Positions 31,938 to 46,014 of a DNA stretch of 64,000 nt are shown here, piece after piece. A program made the position numbers and the translations under genes. Within the stretch, counting starts at the first letter, position 1, and each line of letters starts with the position of its first letter. The notes below the pieces were generated by a model. That model was not told where the DNA came from, did no database searches, and saw only the letters and a program-made list of their open reading frames with translations. Origin of the DNA: Ministeria vibrans ATCC 50519 (taxonomy: Eukaryota > Protista > Filasterea); assembly GCA_943704425.1 (NCBI GenBank), contig CALSCP010002431.1, positions 1 through 64,000 of the forward strand, read 5' to 3'.

Positions 31938-33542
31938 CACAGACAGACACACGCACACACACACAGAGACGCACACACACACACACACACACACCCGCGC
32001 CTTCTGCTTTCTTCTCGTTCCCCTCTTTTTCTTTTCTTCTTCTTACCTGTCGTAGAGATTCCAATGACGAAGAAGCATAAGCCGGAACTCGAGCTCAAAC
32101 CGAATGCGAATCGAGTCGGACACGAGAGGATTGGCATTTTCCTATAAAATGTATGGCGGAACAACAACAAGAACGCAGGCAAACAAAAAGGTTAGATAGT
32201 GTGACAGGGACGCCCAATGTTCAGTGTACGTCGTCGTTGTCAGCATCGTCAGGATTGTAGCGCAGCACTTCGGCGTGCAACTGCAGCGCTGTCTTCGTGT
32301 AGCGCGTGCTGTCCATGCGCTCGTGCACATACAAGTCGGTAACACCCACAATGGCCATCCACAGCATCTCGTTGGTCGATTTGTTCATGTCAAGAGCCAT
32401 TTGGAAGACCGCATTGGCCACTGAACCCCCAAAGTACGATCCGGCATAATACTCGGCGAGTCGTGCCTTTCGCATCCGTCGTCGTTGTCCTCGCGTCAGC
32501 ACCGCCTCCCCTTTGCCCCCTTCGTCCAATCGCCGTCTCTGTGCTGCTCGTTCAGCCGCATATTCTGCATCCGAATCCTCATCACTCTCATCCTATTAAG
32601 CATTCAGGTTTGAGTGAGATTGCTTCAGTTTGTCCTGGCACTCTTACATCGTCACTCTCGTCCCCAAAGATTTCAGCAGCCGGTGGAATGTCGGTGTCGT
32701 CGTCGGCATCAAGAATCAATACCTTCAACACACACCCAAGGCGAATCAGCACGGCAACAAATACACGAGTGCGACTGTGGCAACTTGCTACCTGTGACTC
32801 CGAGTAGACATTCTCCAGATTCAGCGGCCGATGGCTGTCGACGACGTAGAAGGTCACTGCACTGCTCACGTCCGGGAAAATGTCGCTCAGATCAACAATG
32901 CCACCGCAGTTGAGCATAAACACTGACTTGTACTGTTCCTAAGAGAGCAAAATGCAAAGCAGACGAAGAGAAAAAAAAGTCAACGGTCGTTGGGATTGTA
33001 AAGAGACCCCCAACACCATGCCAAGCCACACCAACCACCTCACCACAGAAATACAACGGTATGGCGTGACAAACGCAACGCAACAGGCACATAGGAAAGC
33101 GCAGGTAAACCCCAACACCAAAATGACTTTTTTTTTTCTCTCTTCTTGTTTCACCTTTCCCGCTCCGAGTTCGACAGCACGCACTGCTTCAAGGTCGGTA
33201 AACGACGACACCGGCATCAGCTTGTACTGTAAGAAGTCGGCACGCAGCAGCGCCTGCAAATCAAACAGCGCTCAGCGACAACATCGAAACGAGTTTTGAA
33301 TTTTGGCGCGCGACCCAAACGAAAAACGTTATTCGGGTGTTGCGCTCAGTGCCGGGCGGACGGATACACCGCAAGGGGTGGAAGGAGGGGCGGAGGGGCA
33401 CCAGGCGTACCGTGAGAATGCGCGTTGCGGCGACTGAGTCGGCATCGTTGGACGCCAATATGAGTATGCTACAGTCCGACTGAAGGGCCGACTGCTTCAC
33501 GCTCGCGTATATGGTTCGGAACTCTGTTGAGGGGATCAACAT
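30388..33542 (-). CDS. CDC45: CDC45 replication initiation factor, multi-exon
   Basis: [65 protein letters not shown]. Confidence 0.93.
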
Positions 33543-34016
33543 TGTGCGGTGAAGCAGGAAGGACAGTGTCAGTCAATTAAAATGATAATTATAAATTATT
33601 TGATTCCATTTGTTTTGTCATGAGTTGAGAGACAACAATCTCTCCACACTCTCTCACCGACTCGCATCCCTGACCTCTCCTGAACCCAAATAAGAAAAAT
33701 CATCAGTTTCGCCTTTCAGTCTTCAGACCTTTCTTCCTGTCCTGTCGCTCAGTTACTCCAGTAATCACTATCGATTGTCAATATTGCAAGGCTCTCCGCA
33801 ATCACTTAGTCGGATCCAGACCATTGAAGCATTGATCGAGTGATTGGACTTTGGAGCCACATTAGAGTTTAGACTACATTAATGGTTGAGCTAGCAGTCG
33901 GCTGTGGGTGGGCCAGTGGGCCGCGGGAGTCTGCCGGAAGAGAGTAATATGTGAGTAATATTCCTTTTTCATGGTTGAATAATAATTAGAAGTCTATTTA
34001 TTCTATTATTATTTTC

Positions 34017-34103
<87 letters not shown>

Positions 34104-34155
34104 TTCCCTCTCTTTCTCTCTCTCTCTCTTTCTCTCTCTCCCTCTCTNNNNNNNN

Positions 34156-34236
<81 letters not shown>

Positions 34237-34316
34237 CTTTGTTTCTCTCTCTCTCTCTTTCTCTCTTTCCCTCTCTTTCTCTCTTTCTCTCTTTCTCTCT
34301 CTCCCTCTCTTTCTCT

Positions 34317-37300
34317 CTACTGGAGAAAGACTGTAAAGAATCCTCCTTGGTCCAAGGTGCCGCTGCCCCGGTCACCTGGCTGACCCACCAGCAAGTCGGG
34401 GATGCCGTCGTCGTTGAGATCGCCAATGGTGGAGATGGAAGCACCCACGCGCTCGAGTGGGCTAATGGAGGACCCGTTCAGCACAGACAGGTTCAGTTCG
34501 GAGGCAAAACGGACTGTGCCATCGCGCTGAAGCAGACAAACAGCAACGGACCCCTGGCGCAGACCTCCGCTGCCTGGTGCATCTGGGAACCCGAGTACCA
34601 AGTCAGGAATGCCGTCGAGATCTGCATCGCCCAAGCCGGCGACGGCGGCACCAAATGGCACTCCGACAAGGAGGTTCAAGAAGACACTCACACCTCCATT
34701 GGTGGCATCGAGACGTTGCTCACCGACCGCCTGGCCTGTGCGCGACAGGAACACAATAAAAACAGCAGTCTCGTGTGTGGGTGTGTCCCAGAGTGCTGGG
34801 TTATAGGCGCCGATGGCACAGTCGGGCACCCCATCACCGTTCACATCGCCGAGAGCAGCGACTGATGCACCAAAGCGCATGTTGTCTTTCAGAAGCCCTC
34901 GAAAGTTGCCTTGCGTACTACTAAGCCAGGTGAAGGAGCGCAAGCTTCCATTCTCGTTGAGGAATGCAACGAGCACGGCGCCTCGATCGCTGCCTCCGTC
35001 ATCACGCCCAGGTGTACCAATCAGTATGTCGGTGATGTTGTCACCGTCCACATCGAGAGACCCCAGCGAGGCACCAAAACTGTCGTCTTCTGCCAGACTC
35101 GTCACGTTGGTTTTGTCCATTTGTGCCACAATGGTAACCAGCCCCCAGCGAGCAATGTGAACAAGGTAGACACGACCGCCGTTGATGGTTCCTGGAGCAC
35201 CAACGTAGACGGCCACCTTGACACTTTCCCAAGGCACCGGCAACGTGGGTGGCGTGAAGTCAACCATGGTGATGGCAGATCCAAACCGATCTGCCTCTTG
35301 CCCCGAATAGTCATAATAATACTTGTCGCGCTTCGTGTAGCCGTTCTTTTCAAGGTTAAACACCCAAAGCGAACCACGGTCGCTACTAATACCAGGCGCG
35401 CCCACGACAACGTCTGGGACATTGTCGCCGTCCAGGTCTCCGATACTCGCGGAAGCAAAGCCAAGCTCGTAGTTTGTGGAGATTCCGGTTATAATCCCTC
35501 CAGAGTTGCGACTGATAGTGTGTTCGTCTGTGACTACACCTTCGCTTGTCAAAGTCGTGATTGTAACACGACCCTTGCCGTCTCCAGTATCTTCGCCAAT
35601 CGCAATTTCGGGTAGTCCGTCACCGTCCAGGTCTCCAAGAAGAGTAACGGAGCGCCCATACGAACTCGAATGGGCAACACGAGTGTCGAGCGGGACGTTG
35701 CTGTAGCGTACAAGTATCTCATGCTTCACTGTTGCGTTGGCAAAGAGATTCAACATGTACACGCCCGTGGAAGTATCACCAACAAAAATATCAGTGACAC
35801 CATCACCGTCCATGTCACCCGCTGAGGCAACAGAATACGCGAAGTGCCTAATCCCGGTCGCTTTCAGACCACCGTTTCCTTCAGAAATGACCGTCGTCTG
35901 CTTTTTCGTTCCATCACGGTTCATAAGGTAAATCAACACAGCACCTGGCGTTTGCGTACTGACTGCGTAATTCTTACTGCCCACGGCAATATCCGGAACA
36001 GAATCGCCATCCAAATCACCAATGCCGGCAACGGAATAACCGAATTCAGAGGAAGTCGCACCCGACGCGAGTGTCATGGACTCTTTAACGTTAGCAGATC
36101 CAGATGTAGGGTTGAGGAAGAACAGATACACCTTCAAACCTCCGTAGGCGCCCACTGCCAAGTCAACAGTGCCGTCCCCATTGACATCTCCAACGGCTGC
36201 CACGCTCCATCCAAACCTATCTGAATCTACCAACGTGATTCCACTGGGTTGGAGTTGGTTGGTTGTCAGCACTCCCCCGTCGCTCGCAAGGAACAGGATA
36301 TACACTCTGCCAGCTTGAGTATCCCAACCCGAGGAACCAACAGCGATAGCAACTGTTCCATCTTCGTTTAGGTCTCCGAGCGCCGCAACGCTACTTCCAA
36401 AGTTAGCATTGTCAGGTATCGAAAGACCAGTATGACTACTACTAATCTCTTTTTCTGCGTGAAACGTGCCATCGGTGTTCAAAAAGTATATGAACACAGC
36501 TCCATCTCGAGTTTTTCCCGGAGTACTCCACCATTCCACTCCTACGGCTAAATCAGCGGTGCCATCTCCGTCCAAGTCACCAATATTAGCAACGGCCGTG
36601 CCGAACTTTTCGACCTCACTTTCCCACTTGGTTGCGTGTGAAGTGTCGTTAATTTCCTTGCCACCAAGGACAGTGCCGTTCCAGGCGACAGGGAGACGGG
36701 CACAGACATCACCAGAACCAGCAAAGCCAATGTTGCACGCGCATCGAAAAAGACCTGGTGCCATAAAGAGGCAGGTGGCATCGCTTGAGCAGTTGTGCGT
36801 TCCTAACGTGGAGACGGGTCGTGGGGCCATGGATAAGAAGGGGTGTACAATAAAATCATTACTAATCGCTTTATATACCGTCTGTGCAGGTGTCAATCGG
36901 AACACAGGTAAATCCGTTTCCACGATAACCTTCGCGGCACGAGCACGTTGCAAAGTTGTCGTATGTCGTACAAAGAGCGGCCAGGCTACATGACGTACAG
37001 GCCGACGAGGGGTTCAATGGCGGTACTGAAGGCAGCGTCACACCGCACACCTATGTAGACAGGCAAGAAGATCGAAATTAATCGTCTTTTACGGGCAAAA
37101 TTGTGAAAGTTTAAAACAAACCTGCAGAGCAGTTTCAAGTTCCGATACGCGCGCGTTGGATACATTGAGCTCCGCTGTACACGTGGATGAGAGCGTGCTC
37201 TGACACGGCGAAACGGTAGCCGTGCTCAGCGCAGCCACAGCGGCGTCCAAACGCGTGATCAACGTAGATACGTCAACACCATTGCCGGGCATGACAAGTG

Positions 37301-37520
37301 AGCCGTGGAGCAAGACGGAGCCATTCTCACTCGGACTCAACACGAGATTGCCGTTGTCGTTGAAGCTGAAAGTGAAAGAATGGTAATATTAGACGGGGTT
37401 CCGCGGCGTGCTTGGTGCTTACATTTGTGCGGATTCTCCGCGAATTGTTGGCAGAAGCACAAAGAGACTCGAGACGATAAGTGCGTAGCCAAATATCGAA
37501 ATATGTTCGCTTTTTCGCAT
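34317..37520 (-). CDS. Secreted protein: signal peptide, cubilin-N-like segment and coiled coil, 2 EGF, 12 FG-GAP (integrin-alpha-type) repeats; no TM seen
   Basis: Spliced model MRKSEH...IRGESAQIFNDNGNLVL...; CSCREGYRGNGFTC and CACNIGFAGSGDVC; 12 FG...GD(L/V)(D/N)GDG..D..VG repeats in one large exon. Confidence 0.85.
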
Positions 37521-38804
37521 CTGATCTGAGTCAAGGGTTCGTACTTGAGGAGCTGCGGCCTACGGAAACGTAGCAGGGAAGAGAGGGTTACACCGAAGTT
37601 ACACCAAACAAAGGAAAGAAAGAAGAAAAAAAAAGCAAAGAGTGAAAAGAAAGCTGATATGAAGTTGATATTATTGCCAACATAAGGTGCATATCACCCC
37701 CCAGTGAAGCCCTAAAGAAAGGATCAAAAAGAACGTTCAACGCCCCCGGCCCTGGAGGTTATGAAAGGATTATGAAGAACGGAGTATTTTCGTGACGGAA
37801 AAAAAAACGAAATGACGAAAAAAAAAAAAACTTAGGCCCATCAGTTAGTGGACCGCACAGAGAGGTTGGGTCGACTGGTCAAGTTCTGGTTGAGCAGGTT
37901 GGTCAATGGCCAGTGGCGCTTGGATGTGTCTGTTTTTTCCGAACAATTTCCAAAAAGAAAAAAAATANNNNNNCTTCAAAGAAGAACGAAGGCAATCGCG
38001 ACACCCACAGACAGAACACAGACACAAGCACAAGGGGGCTAAGCCTTGAACTAAGCTTTCCCTAAGCTTAAGAAATCAATATTGCCACGCTTAAGCTTAA
38101 GCAATTGCAAGCCTATGCTTAAGCGTTTGCAAGCGACGACTCCCCAGGGGACGACAAAGCAGAACACTAACGAAAATCAATCCCCTTTCACTGCTCTTTC
38201 ACTTCGTTCATCTTCCATTCATCCCCACACGTTCCTGCGAGCGCCTCCCACGCACCCTCCCCCGTCTTCAGACAGCATGCCGCTTTGCGTGTAATTCTCG
38301 CAACTGCCGCAACCATCACACCGACGGTCTACTGAATACTGATATGATTCTGTTCTTACCGTGTGGGAAAAGTTCTGAAAAAATTGAAATTTGAAAATCG
38401 ATCAGAAATAATCGAAATAATTATAATGAAAAGTACGACTAGTTTCATTCTAAGATATTCCCGCCTGGAAGTCTACACTCTACGGTGGCCAGTGGTAGCG
38501 TTGTACAACTCTAAAAAAAAACAAAGAGAGTTAGAATGAATTTAGAATCACACACAATCTATATAATTATATAGAAAAATGCAACTCATTTATCCAGGGA
38601 GATCAACAACAAAATCACGAGTTCAGCACGAGTGCAATCGCTATCCAGTGAGATCACAATTAAATAAAGATTTGGAAGGTAGTGTTGAGTCCGTGTTGAG
38701 CCAGTTTTATGCGAGACTCAATTTTGGAGATCTCAGATCGTGATCATTCAAACTCGTTTTTTATTCAATTTCCTTTTCCCCCTCTCTCTCTCCTCTCTCC
38801 TCTC

Positions 38805-41800
38805 TCAGTATTCATAGAGCAATCCAATGGTCTCGCACACCTTGGTGCGCACAACTGGAGTAGGGTCCTTGAGCAGGTTGATGAGCGCTACAGCAAGAGA
38901 GAAAGATAAGAACAGTCTTGTCGACTACGCTCCGCTTACCGCTACAAACATGCTCGGAAGTAATGACCTTGCGTGTCTCAATGGGGAGATTTCCAAGCAT
39001 GAACCCGGTGAACATGGATGCGTTAGCGCGGATGGTGTCCCACGACGCTCGGAAGAAGCCCACACAGCCCATCACATAGAAGTTGATCTAAACCCAAGTG
39101 AAAGTGTGAACGGCTTGTTTGTCGATCTCTCTTCTCGATCTCACTATGTACCTTCTCGGGAAATTCGGCAATCATACACTTGGAGAGATCGTTGATGAAC
39201 TCGCCATATGCGAGTGCCCGCTCATCCTTAAGTGCCTTCTGGAACAGATCATTGACTGACAGAGAAAGAGAAGATCGAAAGATGAGAAGAAAAACACAGA
39301 CACAGACACACACAAAATGTGATCACCTTGAGGAGCAGACAAGAGAGGTCCAACAGCCCTGAGACTCTGCTTGCACGCAAGACGAACAGTTTCTTCCGCG
39401 TCATTAAGGTGGAGCAGCATTGACACGAGGTTGGCGTGGATCTGCTCGAGGTACGGTGCCTTGGATGGGCCATTACCAAACATGGCCAGACGCCCAAACA
39501 GCGTAAATGCAGCCGCACGAACCCCCCCTTGGTCCTGTTATAAAAACAGACCAGGACAGAGATGAGAGACAGAAACAGACACAAAGTGACACACACACAT
39601 ATATATATATAATAGCAGGAAATTCGAGAACGTTGTACGAGTCACACAAAATATGCCATTCACTGTATGTACCTTCTCGAAACACGGTCGAATTCGCAAA
39701 CAAATGTTAATGAGAATCGGACGAATGTTGTTCTCGCCCAATTTGCCCATAATGCGACTGAGTCCGTTCATACTCTCCAGCGTAATCTCATCCTCGATGT
39801 CGTTCTTGTCGTCCATGCCCGCCATCATCGCAGACAGAATCGTCGTGCTGAACTTGGACACCTGAACAGAGACAGAGACAGAGAGAGGGACGAAGACAGA
39901 GAAACGGAGACAGAGAAACGGAGACAAAAGAGACAGAGACAGAGAAAGAGAAAAAAAAAATGATAGAGAGAAACGAAGTGATAGAAAGAGATGAACAAAA
40001 GTGTTAGAGAGACAGAGAAAAACAAGTGAATAGTAAGACACAAAGTGAGTACAATGTGTGGCAATAATCAATAATAATTATAACTATTGTGTTTTCTTTG
40101 CTTTTGCTCTGTACCTCTTTTTCGGGCGCTGCTGCTACATTGCCCAGTCCGCGAATACAGAGCTTGCGCACAACGTGACTGTCGTCAACGAGACGCGCCA
40201 ACAGTGAATTGATGAGCGTCTCCATCATCTCCATGGACCCACAGCACCCTTGCTGAATGACCTCGGCAAAGAAGGCACACACGACAATGCGCTGACTGTC
40301 GTAGGGCACAAGCAGGAAAGGCACAAGGAACTCAACGAGCTTTTGGATCTCATCCGCATTGTTCTCGCACAGTGCGCGCGCAATCAGTCCAATCGCATCC
40401 GGATACAGTCCCCCGTGGCTCAGCTCGTCCCATCCAGGCCCACCCATCTCGCTTGCCGCGTCAAGATCCTCCGTCAAAAAGTCCGACTGCGACCGTAGAA
40501 TCGCATTGCGGAACAGACGCAGTGCATCGTCGACGGGCTGAGCAAAAGGCATTGACGGCGCATCGCCTTTCTTGGACCGCGCCTTCTTCTTCTTCTCGTC
40601 GACCACCGGCTTCACAATCTAAACCACAAACGAGCCCCATCCACAGCCACTTCAGTACCATCTAATATTCATAGCGACACAATATTCCACATTTCATACC
40701 TGAACATTGTTTGCAGTGCCAATGCGCAAGAGAGCCGCGCCAAACACACGAGCGTAGTTGCGATTAATAAGGTCCTCGGTCTCCTCAACCACCCAGATCT
40801 CGGCAAAGGCGGCCGTTGCCTGGCGCACCGAGAGAGTGGCGGTGCGTGTGCCATCGCTCTTCTCCTCGTACGGCTGGTAGCGGTTGATGATCTCCAGCAA
40901 GTGGTCAATGAGTGGCGGTGCAAGGTTGCCGTCGGCCGCAAGCGAGTGCCACATCTTGACGGTGACCACGTCGTACGGCAGCTCCATCTCAAGCAATTGC
41001 GCCACGACCTTGCTAAGGTGGTGCGCCGAGAGCGTGCGAATCGATCGCAATGTGCCAATTTCCGTCTGTTCGTTCTCAAGGTGGTCCATCTTGTCGTGGA
41101 TCGTCTCGATGAGTTTGGGCACTTCTGCCTCGAGCTCCTTGCCACGCTGTTTGAACAATCCATTGAGCATGACACACGTGCCGGCGCCACTGTTCGCCTC
41201 GCGGTCCACAAGTCCGTCAATGAGCCAGTACAAGAAGTCGGGCAACTCGTCTTGCGCCAGCTTCTTTGCCAGCACCTTGCTCATATCGTTGACGACAGCA
41301 AACTGTGCGGTGGGTTCGGTCTTCTCAGCGCGCTCGCGCAACACCGAGAGCGCCTTGACAGGCGCATCGTTCTCGGCCACCTCGACGGTGGCACCACGCA
41401 CGAGCAAGTCAATGCGCAGCAACGTCTGCACACAATCAATGGCGTCCTGACGAATGGAGAGCGATGGATCCGAGCAGCGTGGCACCACAAGCGCAATGAG
41501 TTTGCCCACACCGGCGTAGGTACCCTTGACAAGAGCGTGTTCGTCATCTGCGCCCTGCTCGGCGGCCGCATAGCTGAAAAACTTGCGGAGCACAGCAAGG
41601 AGCGTCTGAACAGCTCGAACGCGCGTGTGCTCCTTGTCGGAGCGCAAGTATTCGAGGAAAGCGTCCACAAGTGAGTGCAAGTGTGCAATGGAGAGGTCCT
41701 CATAGATGGTGGCGGCAAGCACGTCAACGAGCGACTTGAGGGTGCCCTCAAGTCGCTCCTCGTCGACAGCGTCGGGCAAGTTGAAAACGGCAGCAACACA

Positions 41801-43628
41801 CTTGGTCTGCAGCTTGTCGCGGTCGTCCTCGGGCAACTTAGGGGGCAGATGTACCATGGTGGTGCATGCGTTCATGGCGTACGACTGCACGTTGGTCTTA
41901 AGCTTGTTGCCCTCCTGCCCAATAAACGTGAGCATTTGCTCCATGAGCTCTTGACGGCGGTTGCACACAAACTTGATGTCCTTAAGGCGACGCGGCAGCA
42001 GTGCCTCACAAATGAGGTCGACGCCCTTGATGGCGTTCTCCTTGACAACCGTCTCGCGAATGGACGCAAAATGAGGCACAATGACACTGAGAATGGACAC
42101 GTCGAGGCGCGACGTGATCATATTGGTGGGCGCATAGAGAGCCGCATAGCCATACGACAACATCAGGGTCGCCTTGACGCGCTCCACGTCCGCCTCCGTC
42201 TTGTCCTTGACCAGTCCAAAGAAGCCGCTCGCCTTGCGCACCATGTCGTTCTTCGCCACATGCTGCAGCTTCTCCATCACCTTGTCCATATGCGCTGACG
42301 CCACAAAGCCCGCTCCGATCGCACATCCCTACAAAAAAAATAAGGGGTAAAAAAATCGTAAAAATATTATATTTAAAAATAATAAAAATAATAATAATAA
42401 TAATAATAATAAAAATTTATTATTATTATAATTATTTTTTTTGTTCTTTTTCACCTCTCGCTCGGTCTGATCTTTGTGGTCGACAGTGGCAAACATGAGA
42501 TCAAGGTGGGTCTTGATAAAGTTCTTGTTGGAGGACTTCTTAATGGCGACGCCGAGACAGCGAAAGAGGAAGTTTTTGAAGATAGGACGAGCGTGATAAA
42601 GCTCGAACTGACGGGCCATCTCTTCGCCGAGGAGTAGGGTGAATTCCTCGCTGCTCTTGAGGTCAAAGAGTTTGCTGAGAAACTTAAGAAGGAGATCTTC
42701 CCACGCTTTGTTGTCGAAGGGCACCGAGTCATCGCTGCTAGAGTGGTCGTCGAGCCACTTGAGCATTTTGGGGAGGACCTCGTCCCACATGGGCGCAATG
42801 TCGTCGTCGAGGACAGGCCCCAGTGCGAGCAGCGCACGCAGCACATGTTCACCTCGGTTGTCCTCCAATGGCTGTGATGCCATCACGAGCAGTCGCGCAA
42901 TCACTTGCACTGCCTTGGGCACGTTGACCTACACAATCACACACAAAAGAGAAAGAGAGAGAGGAGAGAGATTTCATCAGAGGACGAGAGACGACGGCAA
43001 AATAATCACATACCTGAGTGGAATAATCGACGAGGTAGTCTGAGGCGCTCTCGGAGCGTTTCTTTGCGCCAAGATAGCCAATGCAGCGACAGACAATGGG
43101 AATGGCATCGGTGAATTCGGCGGGGATAAGGAACTCGGTGAGGTAGGGCCAGAGGACGGGCTCCATGCAGGGAATGGTGGTCGTGACAAGGTGCAGTACG
43201 TTGGCACACATCTTCTTCATCTCGGACGGCGATACGTCTTCCGGATCCGACATCTTCTCCTTGGCACCCGCTTCCTTCTTTTTGGCCTCCTTCTCCACGT
43301 CCACCTTGAGGCTGCACTGCTGCACAATGAACTCGACCATACGCTCGCCACCGTCCAGGTTCAGATAACCCTTGGATGCCATGGCAATGATCACTTGCGC
43401 AAACGCCTTGTTCACCTGTGTTGGAACGAGGGAGGAAAAAAAGGTAAAGGTCAGGGGAAATAATAATAATAAAATAAAAGAATAAAAATAATTAATTTAT
43501 TATTGTTATAATAATTATTATTAATTTTGTTATTATTCTTATTCTTATTGTTATTATTATTCTTATTGTTATTATTATTATTCTCATTGTTATTCTTATT
43601 ATTATTATTTTTATTCTTATTATTATTA

Positions 43629-43693
<65 letters not shown>

Positions 43694-46014
43694 TTCATGC
43701 GTGGTATACCTTGAGGTTGGTGGACTCGAGAAGGGGCTTCATGCCAGAGAGAAAGAGTTCCTTCTTGTCGTCAAGGACCTTGTCGCACGCATTGACAAGA
43801 TGCTTGACAATGTCGAGTGAGCCAATGCGGCTCTTTTCGTTGGCCGCAGCACCTTCAATGCGCTGGATGAGGAACGAGACGACTCGGTCACTGAAGACAC
43901 GACTCATAATCTCAAAGCAACGCAACAGTTCGTTGTGGTTCTTGAGCGACGATGGATTGGAATAGTCAACGCGCGTAAACACAAACGGCTGAAGGCTCGT
44001 CAAGACCTATCAATAAGAAGAGAAAGAAGAACAACCCAAAGTGATGAGTACAATGCCACATTCTCCTTTTCACTTTGTTTCTTTCTTCCTCCTTTTCTCT
44101 CCATCACTTTGTTTCTTTTCTTTCTCTCTCTATATATATCATATATATATATCACTTTGTTTCTTTCCCCCTCCTTTCTCTCTATCTCTTACGGGTTCGA
44201 GAAGAGGAAAGAGCGCCTGTGAGTCATCTGCAACTGCAGCCTCCAAAATCATCGAGACGCCCTGTGTGATAGGAAAGACATCCTCCTTGTGCTTGTTGTA
44301 CAGGCCCATGATAGTCGGTAGAAGGGTTGGCAGCTGCCCTTCAAACTGGTGGCGGTCCAACACATGGCAGATGGGCCCCAGCGCAGCCACAATTGCAAGA
44401 CGCGTCTGGATTTCATTGCTCTTGAGCCACACACTCACCATCACCTTCAAACAAACAATAACGTTAATTTTCCATATTGTGGCCGTTAATCCATCAATAT
44501 CATGCATCCATACACTCACACTCACACACTCACATACCTCGTAGATGGTAAAGGCCTGTCCGCTAAAGTCCTTGACGGTGATACTTTTGTTCTCCACCTG
44601 GTCAATGTTTGCGACGTAGTTGAGAATCGCCTCACAGAAGTGGCCCATTGCTGTGTGAGAGAAAAGCCAAGAAGCATTGAATGAGAACACGAGAGCGCGA
44701 GGCAGAGAGAGACAAAGACAGAGACAACAACAGAAACAAAAACAGAGATAGATACAAAGTAAAGAGTGAGATAGAAAGAGACGGATGCAAATGATAGTGA
44801 GAGAGAAAGAGACAGATACAAAGTGATAGAAACAAACAATGTGATAGAGAAAGAGAAGAGAAAAAAGAAGCAAAGTGATAGAGAGAGAGATGTCTTTGTC
44901 TTCGTTGTACCGGTGGCAAAAACCTTCTTCATGGCGGGCTGTTGGATCATGGCCAGAACGGGCAACAGACGACTGAACACATCTTGCAGCTGAGGCACAA
45001 TCAAGAACTCTATTGACAACACATCGAGTACCATACACCCAGTTTAGTCTTTCAAACGCCCCTCTTTCTCCTGTCTCTCTCTCTCTCTCTCTCTCTCTCG
45101 CACTTACGATGACTGGAGGCAAACTCGCCCAAGGTCTGCAGGACAAAGTAGCTGGGAATCGAGCCTGGTTCGCACTTTTCAAGGAGCGCCTGGATCACTT
45201 TGGTGGAGAAGCGCTGGCCCAAAGCAATGAGGAAGCTGCACGCCGTGTCCTGCCACTTTTCGACCCTTTCGCGCGACGCAGTAAGCTCACGAACGCCCAG
45301 TTTGATGAGACCGTCGACAAGCGATTCGTCGAGATGCTTCTGCTGCGCAATTGCAACCTCACACATGGCCTCGAGAAGAGTCACGCGGTGAGGCGTGGGC
45401 ACCTGCGTCAGCCATATCCACAAACGCGTTCGTGTGAGATTGTCACAAGTTCGAAGTCACAAAAAAAAAAAAAAAAAAAAAAAAAAAANNNNNNNNNNCG
45501 TCGTCATCATGGATCGCCTGCCGAGTGACGGGACCCGCCCAGAGGTCTTGAGGCGACTGGTGAAAGTATAATCATTCTCTCTCTCTCTCTCTCTGTCTCT
45601 CTGTCGAGCGGAAAGAGCGCCAGCGCCAACGCAGACGAAGCATACCTTCTTGTGGACAGAGAGGAAGTGTTGGCAGGAGCTGAGCAGCAGGGCTGGCTTT
45701 CGCATTCCGATGTCCTGTGTGGCGCAAAGAGCAAATGTGAGGGATGGGGAGAGAGTCACCGAAGAAGAAAAAAAAAAAAAAAATCCCCTAAGTTTGATGG
45801 TTGGCGTGAGGCTGTACCGCAAGAGACTCTTTCACAGCACGTCGCGTTGCACCGTCTTTGTCGCCGGCAGTCTCCGCCAGGGCCATGACGAGGGCTACGG
45901 AGAAAGAGAGGGCAAATCAGAAGGATCATTCTGTTGACAAAACGTCCTTTTCTCACCGTCAATTTGACCGCCCGTCTTGATAACGGACGGGGCAGCAGCC
46001 TGTTCCTTTCCCAT
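38805..46014 (-). CDS. MROH1: Maestro heat-like repeat protein MROH1/HEATR7A, multi-exon
   Basis: KNHNELLRCF, LWPYL, KATLMLSYGY, VPRCSDP...RQDAIDC, LLHLND, W..IRANA; long HEAT-repeat character. Confidence 0.88.
43490..43695. repeat. (ATT)n intronic microsatellite
   Basis: Degenerate tta run in an MROH1 intron. Confidence 0.9.

Noticed and set aside
33706-33726. Hammerhead-like core CTGAAGA...CGAAAC on the minus strand
   Set aside because: Stem II closing pair would be C-C and no stems I/III with a cleavage triplet were found
34317-36953. True integrin alpha subunit
   Set aside because: 12 repeats rather than 7, and no thigh/calf domains, TM or GFFKR motif seen
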